DNA of 64,000 nucleotides, from positions 3,534,001 to 3,598,000 of the forward strand of contig NW_024704771.1 in assembly GCF_018977255.1 (NCBI RefSeq), in the 5' to 3' direction. Below are positions 51,936 to 63,195 of the stretch, piece after piece (position 1 is the stretch's first letter; each line of letters opens with the position of its first letter). Below the pieces are notes generated by a model. That model did not search any database. It worked only from the letters and a program-made list of their open reading frames with translations, and was not told where the DNA came from. The DNA is from Callorhinchus milii (taxonomy: Eukaryota). A program made the translations under genes and the position numbers.

Positions 51936-52383
51936 CAACATACAAAATTCAAGAGGCCTTTAAGATATGTCATATCGACATCAGAATGTGTCAGGAATTC
52001 ATTCCTGTTCCCACGGTATATAAATATGTATATGGTGAACCAAATCCATGACATATCAAAAACAGAAATCGCTGGGAATACTCAGCAGGTCAGGCAGCAA
52101 GGAAAGTGAGTCAACCTTTCGAGTCCATGACCCTTCGTCAGCACTGGAGGTTGCTTGACATGTCATGTCTGAAACTATACATTACATACCAAGAAAGTAT
52201 TTTCCAGCAGAAATCTATCTAATTTGTTCTTGATAACAAACAACACTTTATTTGTACTCAATTAGCAACTATCAGAAAAGATTCCTCTAGAACAGGAATT
52301 ACACATGGAGAGGTATCTTTAGCCTATGGGGAGACAAAAAACAGTTAACAAAATCAACACTAACAATTACTATTTTAACTTAC

Positions 52384-52512
52384 TCTTGTGTAACAAAAAG
52401 GACCTTGTTAGTTCAGTTTCAGGACGCAGGAAGAAGAAGCCAGTATAGATCATTATTCCAACAGCCGTGAGACAGCCAAAACCAGAGATAATTCTGTATT
52501 CAAACGAAAATC
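52384..52512 (-). CDS. Gene D TM3 exon (129 nt): gFSFEYRIISGFGCLTAVGIMIYTGFFFLRPETELTRSFLLHK
   Basis: CTTTTCTAG acceptor, A|GTAAGT donor. Confidence 0.9.
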
Positions 52513-53456
52513 CTAGAAAAGGGACATATTGAAGAATGCGGTGAATGGAGAATGTGAAACAACAACAAATCACATTTACAGAGCGCCCTTCATGTTGGGA
52601 GTACGTCCCAAGGGGCTGAACAGTCAGAGTTTGCACCCAAGCTGGGGGTTGGTATCAGGACAGCAAGGAGGGTAGGGATAGGAGGGTGACGGAACGCATT
52701 GTGGAAAAGGAAGTTCTTGAGACAGACCTTGAAGGAGTTAAGGGAGTAGGTGAGGTGAAGGATCTATGGGATGGAATTCCAAAGGAAAACACTGCATCCA
52801 TCTGAATAAATTTAAATTTCCATTTGGTGGAGAAAATGCATTTTTAGGCATTTCACATTCAAATGAAAAATTACTAAATTTTTCGGATAAACATTCTGTT
52901 TCATTCCTTGCTCGAGGAAATATGAATATCCTAGTTCTCTTTTTTGGATAACTGAGTGTCCGAGATCAATAAAAATAGGAGTCCTATAGCGTAGTGGTTA
53001 GAGCAATCGCCTCGCAAGCGAGAGGACCTGGGCGGGGTGAAACCTTAGGCAAGTTTCCTTCCTCCACACGCCTGTTTACCTAGCAGTAAGTAGGTACCAA
53101 GTGGCTACTTCATTGTAGATCCCTTTCCAGGATCCGCCAATCAAGGGTCCATCCCATAGAAAAACAAAATAAATAATAAGAATTTGGTCACTGAATCCAC
53201 AACTGTTTCTGAGACACTACTGTGTGCAATTGGATGCCGCGTTTTGCCCACAGAATACACTATCACTGCAATTTTCAATATATTCTGTGAAGTGTTTGAG
53301 ACATCTCAACGATATAAGGCGCTACATCAAATGCAAGGATTATTATTTTACTTTAAAAGAAGTAGAATTTGATATCAGCAGGAGCTACAGTTTGGCATCT
53401 GATAAAGCAGTATGAAAATGTGATGACAAAACAAAAGCAAAAAAAAAGAAACTTAC

Positions 53457-53558
53457 CCTCATCTAATACGCACAAAAAACTTGAAAGTAATAGACAAACC
53501 AAGGATAACATTTGAAAGAACACGCAAACAGCAGTGAGCTGGACATGACGTCTGTGAA
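53457..53558 (-). CDS. Gene D TM2 exon (102 nt): vHRRHVQLTAVCVFFQMLSLVCLLLSSFLCVLDE
   Basis: ATTCCTAG acceptor, G|GTAAGT donor. Confidence 0.9.
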
Positions 53559-54390
53559 CTAGGAATAGAAACAAATCAAAGTGAAATTATTTTTAAGGAA
53601 AATAAGCAAATGATCATACTCCAAGTTTTAAGTTCTGTTACATTGCCCCCCTCCGACCGTGACTTACCCCAAACTTAGTAGAAATCCTCGTATGTGCATT
53701 CATCACCTCCCACCTCAACTGCTTCAATACTATATTCACCAGTCTCCCCAGCTCCACTATACACAAATTCCAGTTAATCCAGAACTCCACCGTCTGCATA
53801 CTCAGCCGCACTGAACTCCGTACCCCATCACACCATTCCTCGCCAGTCTCCACTAGTTCCCTATCACACACACTAAACTTTGCACCCCCATCACACCAGT
53901 CCATGCCAGGCTCCACTACTTCCCCATCATTGAACGGATTGATTTCAAGATCCTCATACACGTCTTCAAATCCCTTCATGCACTTCCCTGCCTCTTCAAT
54001 CATTCCCCAATCAATTACCCATTGCCTCCGCACGACTGGCTCTGGCCTCCTGCTCGTCTCTTGTGCCCTCCATTTCACCATCGGTCATTGTGCTTTCAGC
54101 CACTATGCCCTGAAATTCTGGAACATTCTCCCTCAATCCGTCACTTTCCCCCCTTCTTCCCCATCTTCAGGTCTCACATGAAGACCTTCCTCTCTGACTG
54201 TGCCTTCAGTCACCTTCCCTCCTTCAGGCTCGGCATCATGCTCTGCCACTGTCAAGCTCTCTGAGACGCTAACCTGGCGCTATATAAATGCAAGCTGTTG
54301 TGGTTCTTTTGAAACAAAAATGAAATTCAAACTTGAAATAGCTTAGGCTATAATTTTGTAATGGAAGCCTTCCCAGGAAATACACGTTAC

Positions 54391-54507
54391 CTTTATATTC
54401 CTCCAGGGCATAAAAGATTATGAACACGGCTGCAGCAAAAGAGGTTACATTGCTGATTAGTGCAATGATGGACGCCATAAGAGAATGCTGATGAGCAAAC
54501 AGAATTC
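54391..54507 (-). CDS. Gene D TM1 exon (117 nt): gILFAHQHSLMASIIALISNVTSFAAAVFIIFYALEEYK
   Basis: TTGTTTTAG acceptor, G|GTAACG donor. Confidence 0.9.
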
Positions 54508-55314
54508 CTAAAACAAGAAACAGATGTAAATTTATCTTAGTTTTAAAAACATATTGGAAAATGACAATGATTTAGCGGTACTAGAATAGTAATGAGAGCA
54601 TTTTACCGCAGGAAAATTAGGCCATTAGGCCATTCAGCCCCTCGAGCCTGTTCAAACTTTCTATTAGATCGTGGCTGATCTGTAACTCAACTCTAATTAC
54701 CTGCCTTTGCCCCAGATCCCCTGACCTAATAAAAATCTATCCACTTCAGTCTTGACAATTTGAATGGATCCAGCATCCATAGCCTTTTGAGGAAGAGAGC
54801 TTCAGATTTGCACTACGCTTTGCTTGAAAAAAATACTTCCTGATTTCATTTTTAAATGGCCTAGCTCTAATTTTAAGTTAATACCCCCTTGTTCTGGATT
54901 CCCCCACCAGAGGAAATAGTTTCTCTACCTTATGCAATCCATTTGTTATTTCAAACACCTCAATCAGATCACCCCTTAACCTTCTAAACTCAAGGGAATA
55001 CAGAACAAGTTTAAGCAACCTGTAATAATTTAACCCAGTATCATTTTAGTGAAATTTCTTTTAACCTATGTCAAACCTTTTGGTGCTGAGGACTGGCTGC
55101 CCCATTTGGGAAATGTCCGCGAGCCTCATAAGCAATATTTTTGTGTTTCCCTTCCCGAAACATAAGATTTACAGGTTGTGGAGGGAGCGGAGGTAGGCCA
55201 GATGAAATGGTGTGGGAGGGGGTCTGGATGAAATCAGCCTGGGCCGGATGTGGCCCGCGGGCCGCCAATTGGACCACCCTGACCTACATGAATTCAAGAA
55301 CAGACCAAACCTAC

Positions 55315-55581
55315 CATTGATGGTGAGGAAATGTGAGCGGCTGTTTTTGCTGACCACATTTTTGACAATGCACGTGTACCAACCACAGTGTCTAAGATTG
55401 ACTTTTCTGATGATCAGCGTGCTGTTGTCATCCTCCAGTTTCCAATTTTCACTGAATTCAATTCCTTCTTCCCTCACCCAAAGAAATTCATTGGGGGTTT
55501 CATCATTTATAACACAGCTCAGCACAACAGAATCCACCACATAGCTGGGATCCTGAAGGATCATTGGTGCTGACAATATGT
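55315..55581 (-). CDS. Gene D Ig C2 exon (267 nt)
   Basis: CTCTAACAG acceptor, G|GTAGGT donor; C...W...HCGWYTCIVKNVVS. Confidence 0.92.
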
Positions 55582-56461
55582 CTGTTAGAGAGAAAGAAGA
55601 TATATTGGTCGGTGATCCAATTTAAGGGTGTTCTTATGGTAAAGTCAACAACAAGAACAACTTGCATGTATATAGTGCTTCTCACACAGAGTAGTGTCCC
55701 AGAGAGCTTGACAGTGGCAGAGTAAGATGCCGAGTAGAGGGAGGTGATCGTAGCATGGAACCTTCCTCTTTGAGCACCTCAAGATGGGGAAGGAGGGGGC
55801 GAAGGAGGGATTGAGGGAGAGTGTTCCGGAATTTTGGGGTGTGGTACACGATATTTACGGCTTTCATTTACCCACCCAAGACATTATGTTTTTGTATAAA
55901 CTTCATCTGCATTCCCTGCAGTTTAGAACGTTGAGGGGTGATCTGATTCAGGTGGTTACAATGATAAAGGGATTTGATGAGGTAGAAACAGAGAAACTCA
56001 CCCAGTGAGGGTTATTGCTGACAATGGTTTTCAACCATCACAAACTTTATCCCTAAAAATAACAAATTATATTTTCACAGGGCCATTCATGTTGGGAAGT
56101 TGTCCCAAGGCGCTGGACAGTCGGGGATTTGGACCCAAGCAGGGGGTTGGGATCAGGAGCGGTGGAGGGCAAGGAAGATAGGGGTGGGAGGGTGCCCGAA
56201 GGCTCGGTCAAAAAGGAAGGTCTTAAGATGTGTCTTGAAGGAGGCAAGGGAGAGAGCAAGGTGAAGGGACTGTGGGATAGAGTTCCAAAGGGTGTGGGCA
56301 GAGAGGCTGAAGGCCCAATCACCGATGGCAGGGCAAGTCGGCTGGGGGATTTGGAGCAGCTGGAGCCTGCTGAACAGAGGGAGCGGACAGGTCGATATGG
56401 TGTTAGCAGGCCATGTTCTCTTTGTCTCACGAGGTACAACTCGTAGACCAATCACACTTAC

Positions 56462-56818
56462 GTTGGACAATCAACTGTGTGAAGAGTCCAGGGCTATTCA
56501 GCTCATCCAGGTTCACCAAGCTCGGCGATGACACACTCTGATTTGTTGTGGAAATATAAAAGCCACTGTCATGTGTTTCTAAAGCGTCCAGAAAAAGAGA
56601 CCCATCTTCTGTGTTTAATCTCGCTCGATGCTTATAATAGATATTGACACTGGGCAAGGCAGCCCCGAAACCAAACTCTGCAATTTGTATCTCATTGTCA
56701 CGGGTTAAATACAACCAGCGGATAATATCTCCTCTTGTCATCTTTCCGGCATACCCGTGGAATAAAACAGAGGATCGTGTGACACGATAAATGGTTTCTT
56801 TGAAGTTATGTGTTTTAT
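56462..56818 (-). CDS. Gene D Ig V2 exon (357 nt)
   Basis: TTTTTGCAG acceptor, C|GTAAGT donor; GSLFLDALETHDSGFY. Confidence 0.9.
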
Positions 56819-58762
56819 CTGCAAAAAAAATCCGCCAGTTGAGTTAAACACTTTGGAAAAGAGCCACGCATTCACACATACGTTATGCAAGTAACAATAA
56901 TCCTTGTGTTCAATACAGCCCCTTATCACGTCATCGAGACGTCTCAAAGTGCTTCACAGAATATTCTGTAAAGTGTAGTGACTATGTGTTTTGTAGGCAA
57001 AAGGCAGTAGCGAATTGTGCACAGCAGCATCCCAGACAATCGTGGGTTTCCCTTCTCCACTTCTCACAATGCAGACTTATAATTGGATAATAATATTATA
57101 TTAATAATATAATAATAATCCTTGCATTTGATACAGCGCCTACTTACCATCGCTAGATTCTTCCTCATTCTTTGAAAGAAGTTCAACCTCCACATAAAAG
57201 TAGGATCTGCCAACATCCCACAGGCAAAATGAATGAGGAAGTATCCCTTTAAGAACATTTGTGCTCAGTGACCTTTCCCTAATCTGCTCGATCTGAGGTA
57301 CGCCTTCAATTCTTTACTCAGAGGAAGCAGCAGTGTGACCAGTGAAAGTGCTGAAAATATACAGTAACAATACATTTAGCACAGATTTATTTACTTTAAA
57401 CACAGCAAAGTACAGATTATAGCCATGCTATAATATAAATATATAAATATCATATAATATAAATCTAATATTTATATTACATGCTATGGGCGAGGACGTT
57501 TTGTATGAGGAGGTTGAACTTCTTTCAAAGAAAGAGCAAGACAACTATATGTAAAATAAACAAATAGAAGTATGTATAATATACTGTATATATCAAATAA
57601 AATAAACAAATCAAATAATTTATTATTTAAATAAAATTAAAGTATGTATAAAACAAAACAAATAAAAGTATCTATAAAATAAAATAAACAAATAAACGTA
57701 TGTATAAAATAAACATAAAAGTATGTAAAATATACAGTAATAATACATTTAGCACAGATATATTTACAGTAAACCAGTAACACAGCAAAATACAGCTTAT
57801 AGTCATCTTATAATCTAAATATATAAATGTAAATATTTATAGTATAAATATTATAAAATACTACGAAGAGCAACATAATCGGGGCCTCTTATCCCCTCCA
57901 GTCTGCGCAACGGCTGCGCTTTCAGCCACTATGCCCCGAAACTTTGGAACTCTCTCCCTCAATCCCTCGCCTTGCCCCCCCCCCCTTCACCATTTTCAGA
58001 TCACTTCCTTGTCCCCTCTGAGGCATCTCCTTTCAAGAATAAAGAGTGGAGGAGCTGAGCGATGTTGTGGAGGTGGGGGAAGGCAGAACGGTCATGGATG
58101 TGGAATTTGAACTCAAGTGGCAGAGCAACCAAAAAAACAGACACAGGCCACAAATAGTAAATGTGGCAAATTGGGAAAAGGGAGAGGTAAGGTGACAACA
58201 AAGAGTCACAGAATCAATGCAATCATTGCAAATAGGTTTGAAGTGATGAATGGAATTTATGAACTCTGTCGAGGTATATTGACTGTCTTTCTGTTGTGGG
58301 CAAAACGTGGCAGCCAATTGCACACAGCAGTGTCCCATGAATAGTAGTGGATTGAGTGACCAATTTTTATTTTTTTTGAAGGAATTATTACCCCCAGAAA
58401 GTAATCTGCTAATCGATTAACAACTGGGTTCCTTCTTACTGCTAAATAAAGAGGCACGTGGAGTAAGGAAACTTGTCCATTGTTTCGCCCTGCCAGGAAT
58501 CGAACCCAGGTCTCTCTCTCACTTGCGAGGCAAGTGCTCTAACTACTGAGCCATAGGATTGAGACACAGAAGTACAACAATTTGCATTTATATGGCGCCC
58601 TTTAATAGGAGAATGTCTCCGAGTGCTCATTCTATTCATGCTACACAGAAAATCTTTGTGCTACAACTCCCAATATCAGCTGCAAATGAAACATATAACT
58701 ATCGACTAACCCATATCACAATGCACATATGACCTGTTACGTCCTTCACCGGTAGCACTTAC

Positions 58763-59092
58763 AATGAATGTTTAATTGTATGGATTGAGTTCTTTGACCT
58801 TGGTTTAGAGTTGCTTGATAAATGCCACCATCGTTTATTGCCAAGTTCTGCAATAGGAGAGAGCCGTTATCTCGATGAATTTCTATTCGTTTTTTGTAAT
58901 TATCATTGATGTGAAAATCTGACGATCCGACTTCATATTCCAAAATTCGTGTTTTATTTCCATAGATTACGTAATCCCACTGGATCACATCTTCACGTTG
59001 AAACTCATTGACTGGAAATCCGGGCAATAAAACAGAGGAATGTTCAAAGCCAGTCATCTGTTTCACAGTGTTACTAAACACCTTGAAATGAC
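58763..59092 (-). CDS. Gene D Ig V1 exon (330 nt)
   Basis: TTCTTTCAG acceptor, T|GTAAGT donor; IQWDY...NGSLLLQNLAINDGGIY. Confidence 0.92.
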
Positions 59093-59499
59093 CTGAAAGA
59101 AAACCATTGATTGAGTTTAACATAATAATAAGGAACAGCCTTCCAAGTTTTATAAAATGTCAAATTGACAGCTATTCCTGCTTAAATTTCTGAAACTGTA
59201 TATCTCTCTTTTTCTTCCCCAGGTCTCTCCCAAAGTACCAGTCCTTTTCTGTTCCGTCTTCCACGCACAGTGCCAACTGAACCCTAGAAATTTACAACAC
59301 AGAAGAAAGTGATTCAGCCTATTGCATTTTGTGGACTCTTTCAAAGAGCAATCCTTTAAATTGCCTTTACCTGTCTTTTCTCGATATCTCTACAAATGTC
59401 TTCTTTTTCACTACATTGAATTTCATCTGCCATTGGTCTGCCCAATGCTTAAGTGTCTTCATGTCCTGTTCAGCTGTGTGTAATTGACTGTCGCGTTTC

Positions 59500-61840
59500 A
59501 ACAAAAACAACACACAGAGTAGCATCTGAGAGCGCTTAACAGTGGCGGAGCCTAACTCTGAGCCCGGGGGAGGGGGCCATAAGCACAGTTAAACAGGAAA
59601 GCTTTCAGGTGGGACTTGAAAGAGGGGAGTGCGGGCAAGACAGATTGATTGAGGGAGAGTGTTCCAGAGTTTTGAGGCGTAGTGGCCAATGGTGGGGCGA
59701 GGGACGAGCAGGAGGCTGATGTCAGTCTCGCGGAGACGCTGGGTGGTGGATTGGGGAGCAAAGAGGTAGGGAGGTGCCAGAGATTGAATGGATTTGAGAA
59801 TGAGGATCTTGAAGTTGATCTGTTCGGTGAAGGGGAGTCAGTGGAACCTGGTGAGATGTGGGTAGGGAGTTTGATCCGGGTAAGTATGCGGGCAGCGGAG
59901 TTTTGAATAAACTGGATCTTGTAAATGGTGGTGCAAAGGAGACTGGCGAGAAGTGCAGGAGGTAACAAACGCATGAGGGATTTGGCTGCATTTGGGGTAA
60001 GGTACGGTCGGAAGTAGGCAATATGGCAGAGATTGAAGAAGGCAGTCCTGGTCAGCAACCGGATCTGGGAGAGAAAGCACAGTTGGGGTGATTGCATACT
60101 GGTTCAGTGAGTCTGAGGGAGAGCCCAGGGAGGTTGAGGAGTTTAGATCTGCAGGATTAAAGACGTTGACGGGAGCCAAGGAGTATAGCTTCTGTCTTGT
60201 GTGTATTCAGCTGCAGGTTTAAACTCATCCAGGCCTTCATGTCTGCCAGGCTATCTGATATAATCTGGAGGAGGCAAAGTAGATTTGTGTGTCATCCACA
60301 TACATGTGGAAGTTTACCCTGTGTCTGCGATGACATTGCTCAGAGGCAGCATATGGATAAAGAAAAGAAGAGGGCCAAGGATGGAGCCCCAAGGGGGACC
60401 GGGCAGGGGCGGGAGGAGAACCATTTGCTGAGATGGAATGATTTGGTTGGTTAAGTAGGACTCGAACTGTACAGTTATGGTCCCACTAAGGTAAATGAGG
60501 GAGGTGAGCCAATGGAGGAGGATGGCGTGGTTGACTGTGTTGAACGCGGCAGAGAGATCCAGGAGGACGAGGAGGTAGAGGCAGCCATGTTCACAGATAG
60601 AAAGAATGTCGAATGTGACTTATAAGCGCTATCTGTGCTGTGGGCAGGGTGAAAACCAGACTGCAGGGGCTCAAGTAGAGAGTGGAGGGAGAGGTGTGAC
60701 TGAAGTTAACCTGCAACAATGCACACCATGCCTTTGGTGAGGAAGGGTAGGTTGGAGATGGGATGGTAGTGTGCAAGATTACAGGGATCGAGGATGGTTT
60801 TTTGAAGAGGGATGTGATGACAGTGGATTTCAGGGGGATTGGAACAGAACCTGAGGAGAGAGACTGCTTGACTGTGTCAGCCAGCAGTGGAGAGAGAAGT
60901 GGGAGTTGAGTGACCAGCAGCTGGGTGGGAAGGGAGTCAAGGTAGTAAGTGGTGAACTTCATTCGGGTGATTGTGGTTGAGAGGGAGGGAGAAATAGGGA
61001 GTGAAGGGAGGGGGTAGTGGTAGGTGCCGTGGCAGAGGAAGAAGGTTGTGTGGATGGTCTGGGTGGGGTGGAAGGGGACAAGGTGAGGAAGGACAATGCA
61101 GCCAAGTGGATGTTTTCAATTTTTGAGGCAAAGAAGTCTAGGATCTCTTCGCATTTTGACGTTTGATGTGAGGATAGAGGGGACTTAAGGGGGTGCACAG
61201 AGGAGGTGATGGACGGTGGAAAACTGCATCTTTGGATTGTTGTTTGCCTCCAAGATGACTCTGGAGTAAAAGTCAGTTTAGGGCTATGAAAGGAAGCAGC
61301 GGTAGGTGCAGAGGTGTTTGAGCCACAGCAGACAGTGAATCATGAGGCCAGATTTCTCTCATCTGCACTCTAGCGTCCGGGTTGGGAGTTTGAGTGAGCG
61401 GAGATGATTGTTGTACTAGGGGCAGTGGGTAGGTTTGGAAACAACCCTGGATTTCTGGGGAGCCAGGAAATTGAAGGTTGTGGAGAGAGACGGATGTTCA
61501 GCAGCTTAACAGCTGCATCAGTATCATTGCGGGTGGAGGGTCATCAGGTCCGAGGAGGAGAGGGCATATGTGAGGATGTCAGAGGGAAGCTTTTTCTAGG
61601 GGTGGAAAAAAATGGTGGAGGATTTGGGAAGGAGGATTTGGGAGAGGGAAATGAGGAAGTGGTCTGAGATGGCCTTGTCCATGTGTTATGACGAGGTTGA
61701 GGGAATGGCCACGGTTGTGGGCCGGCCAGTTGATGTGGAGGGTGAGGTTTAGGGAGGAGAGGAGGGCAGTGAAATCTAAGGAGGTTGTGCAAGGGGAGTT
61801 TAGGTGGAGATTGAAATCGCCCATTTTGAGCAGCTGCCAG
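59500..61840 (-). mobile_element. Longest L2 fragment, endonuclease to 3' tail, degenerate
   Basis: GDFNLH...GHSLNLV (APE endonuclease), FTTYYLDSLP, IQNSAARILTR. Confidence 0.88.
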
Positions 61841-62316
61841 GTGTAATTAACTATTATTTGTCCACGATATACTCTGTAAAGCTCTTTGAGACACGGCATT
61901 AACATGTTTAGGCAGTAAATCAAATGCAAGGATTATTATCATCATTGAAAGAACACTCCTTTACCCTTATTTTCCCCATACCTCTGCAAATTTCTCCTTT
62001 CGTAGATATCCATCGTATTCCATCTGGAAAGCTAATGTGGATGCTATTATTGATATGGTTGATCTGGATATTACATAATGGTATACATTCACTATGAAAA
62101 AACAAAATCCTCCTAATTTTGCCCTCAACTAACTATCTTAAATTAATATCCTCCCATCGCTTACCAACCAGTGGATATAATTTCTCCCCTATCGATTTCT
62201 CAAAATTGAAGATTCCCTTCAACAATAACTTGTATTTTTGACTTCATGCAGTGCAGGGCTTGATACCAGCACAATACCAGCCAGGGAGAAGTGACCATAA
62301 ATACAGGCACAACCTG

Positions 62317-62621
62317 AATAATAATAATAATAATCCTTGCATTTGATATAGCGCTTTTCACGTCGGGAGGACGTCCCAAAGTGCTTCACAGAACACACTG
62401 TAAAGTGAATTGACTGTATATTTGTGGGCAGACGCGGCAGCCAATTGCGCACAGCAATGTCCCACAAAGAGTCGTAGATTGAAAATGACCAATTTATTGT
62501 TGTTTTTGGTTTTGGAGGGATTATTATTAGGCTCTGTGTCAGGTTTCGCCCTGACCTGGAAATGAACTCGGGTCTCTCGCTTGCAAAGCGAGTGCTCTAA
62601 CCACTGAGCTACAAGACTCCA
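62317..62621 (-). mobile_element. Young SINE with a short internal deletion
   Basis: Same diagnostic body as the other young copies; lacks the GTGGAGTAAGGAAACTTGCCC segment. Confidence 0.83.
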
Positions 62622-63152
62622 CGGGGAAGGAGGGGGCAAAGGAAGAGGGACGGGAGGGAAAGTTTTCTGGAGTTTCGGGGCATATTGGTTGAAAGAACGA
62701 CCACTGATGGTGGAGCGGTGAGCACAAGGGGCAAAGCAGGGGGCCGGATCCAGCCGAGCAGTAGCAGCGGGTATTATGTTGGGCAGTATGTAGCATCATA
62801 TTAATTTGTCTCTGGAGCCGAACGGCCCTTTTCCACACCAACTCATCTTGCGAAATCAAAATGAAAAATTACGATAGCGCTCTTGAAAGCGCTTCACGGA
62901 ATATACTAGAGAGCGCACACTGTGTGCTGTGAGTTGACTGTGTATTTTGCGGGCGAAACGCAGAAGCCAATGGCGCACAACAATTGACAATAAATACCAT
63001 TTATTACTTTGTTATTTTTTTTGTTGTTGTGGCTGTTGGGCCCCGTCACCCACACACACCCCTTACCTTTGGACGCTAAGAGTGTGAAGTGCAGACCGAG
63101 CTGAGCTGTGGCTGTGCTATTGATGTGGCTGTGCAGTGGCTGTGCCGCTTAC

Positions 63153-63195
63153 CCTGAGGCGCCAGGAGGAGCAGGAGAGCGGCTGTGAGCAACAT
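63153..63195 (-). CDS. Gene D leader exon MLLTAALLLLLAPQ
   Basis: Identical to the A, B and C leader exons. Confidence 0.88.

Larger units (their letters stand above)
49247..63195 (-). other. Gene D span: leader-V1-V2-C2-5xTM-tail (about 524 aa)
   Basis: Ten exons in frame; lengths 43/330/357/267/117/102/129/81/108/41. Confidence 0.85.

Noticed and set aside
636-63195. Assigning the symbol CD47, CD48, CD58, SLAMF or CEACAM
   Set aside because: The V-C2 ectodomain without V disulfide differs from CD47, and 5 TMs differ from CD2/CEACAM families; orthology cannot be established without searches
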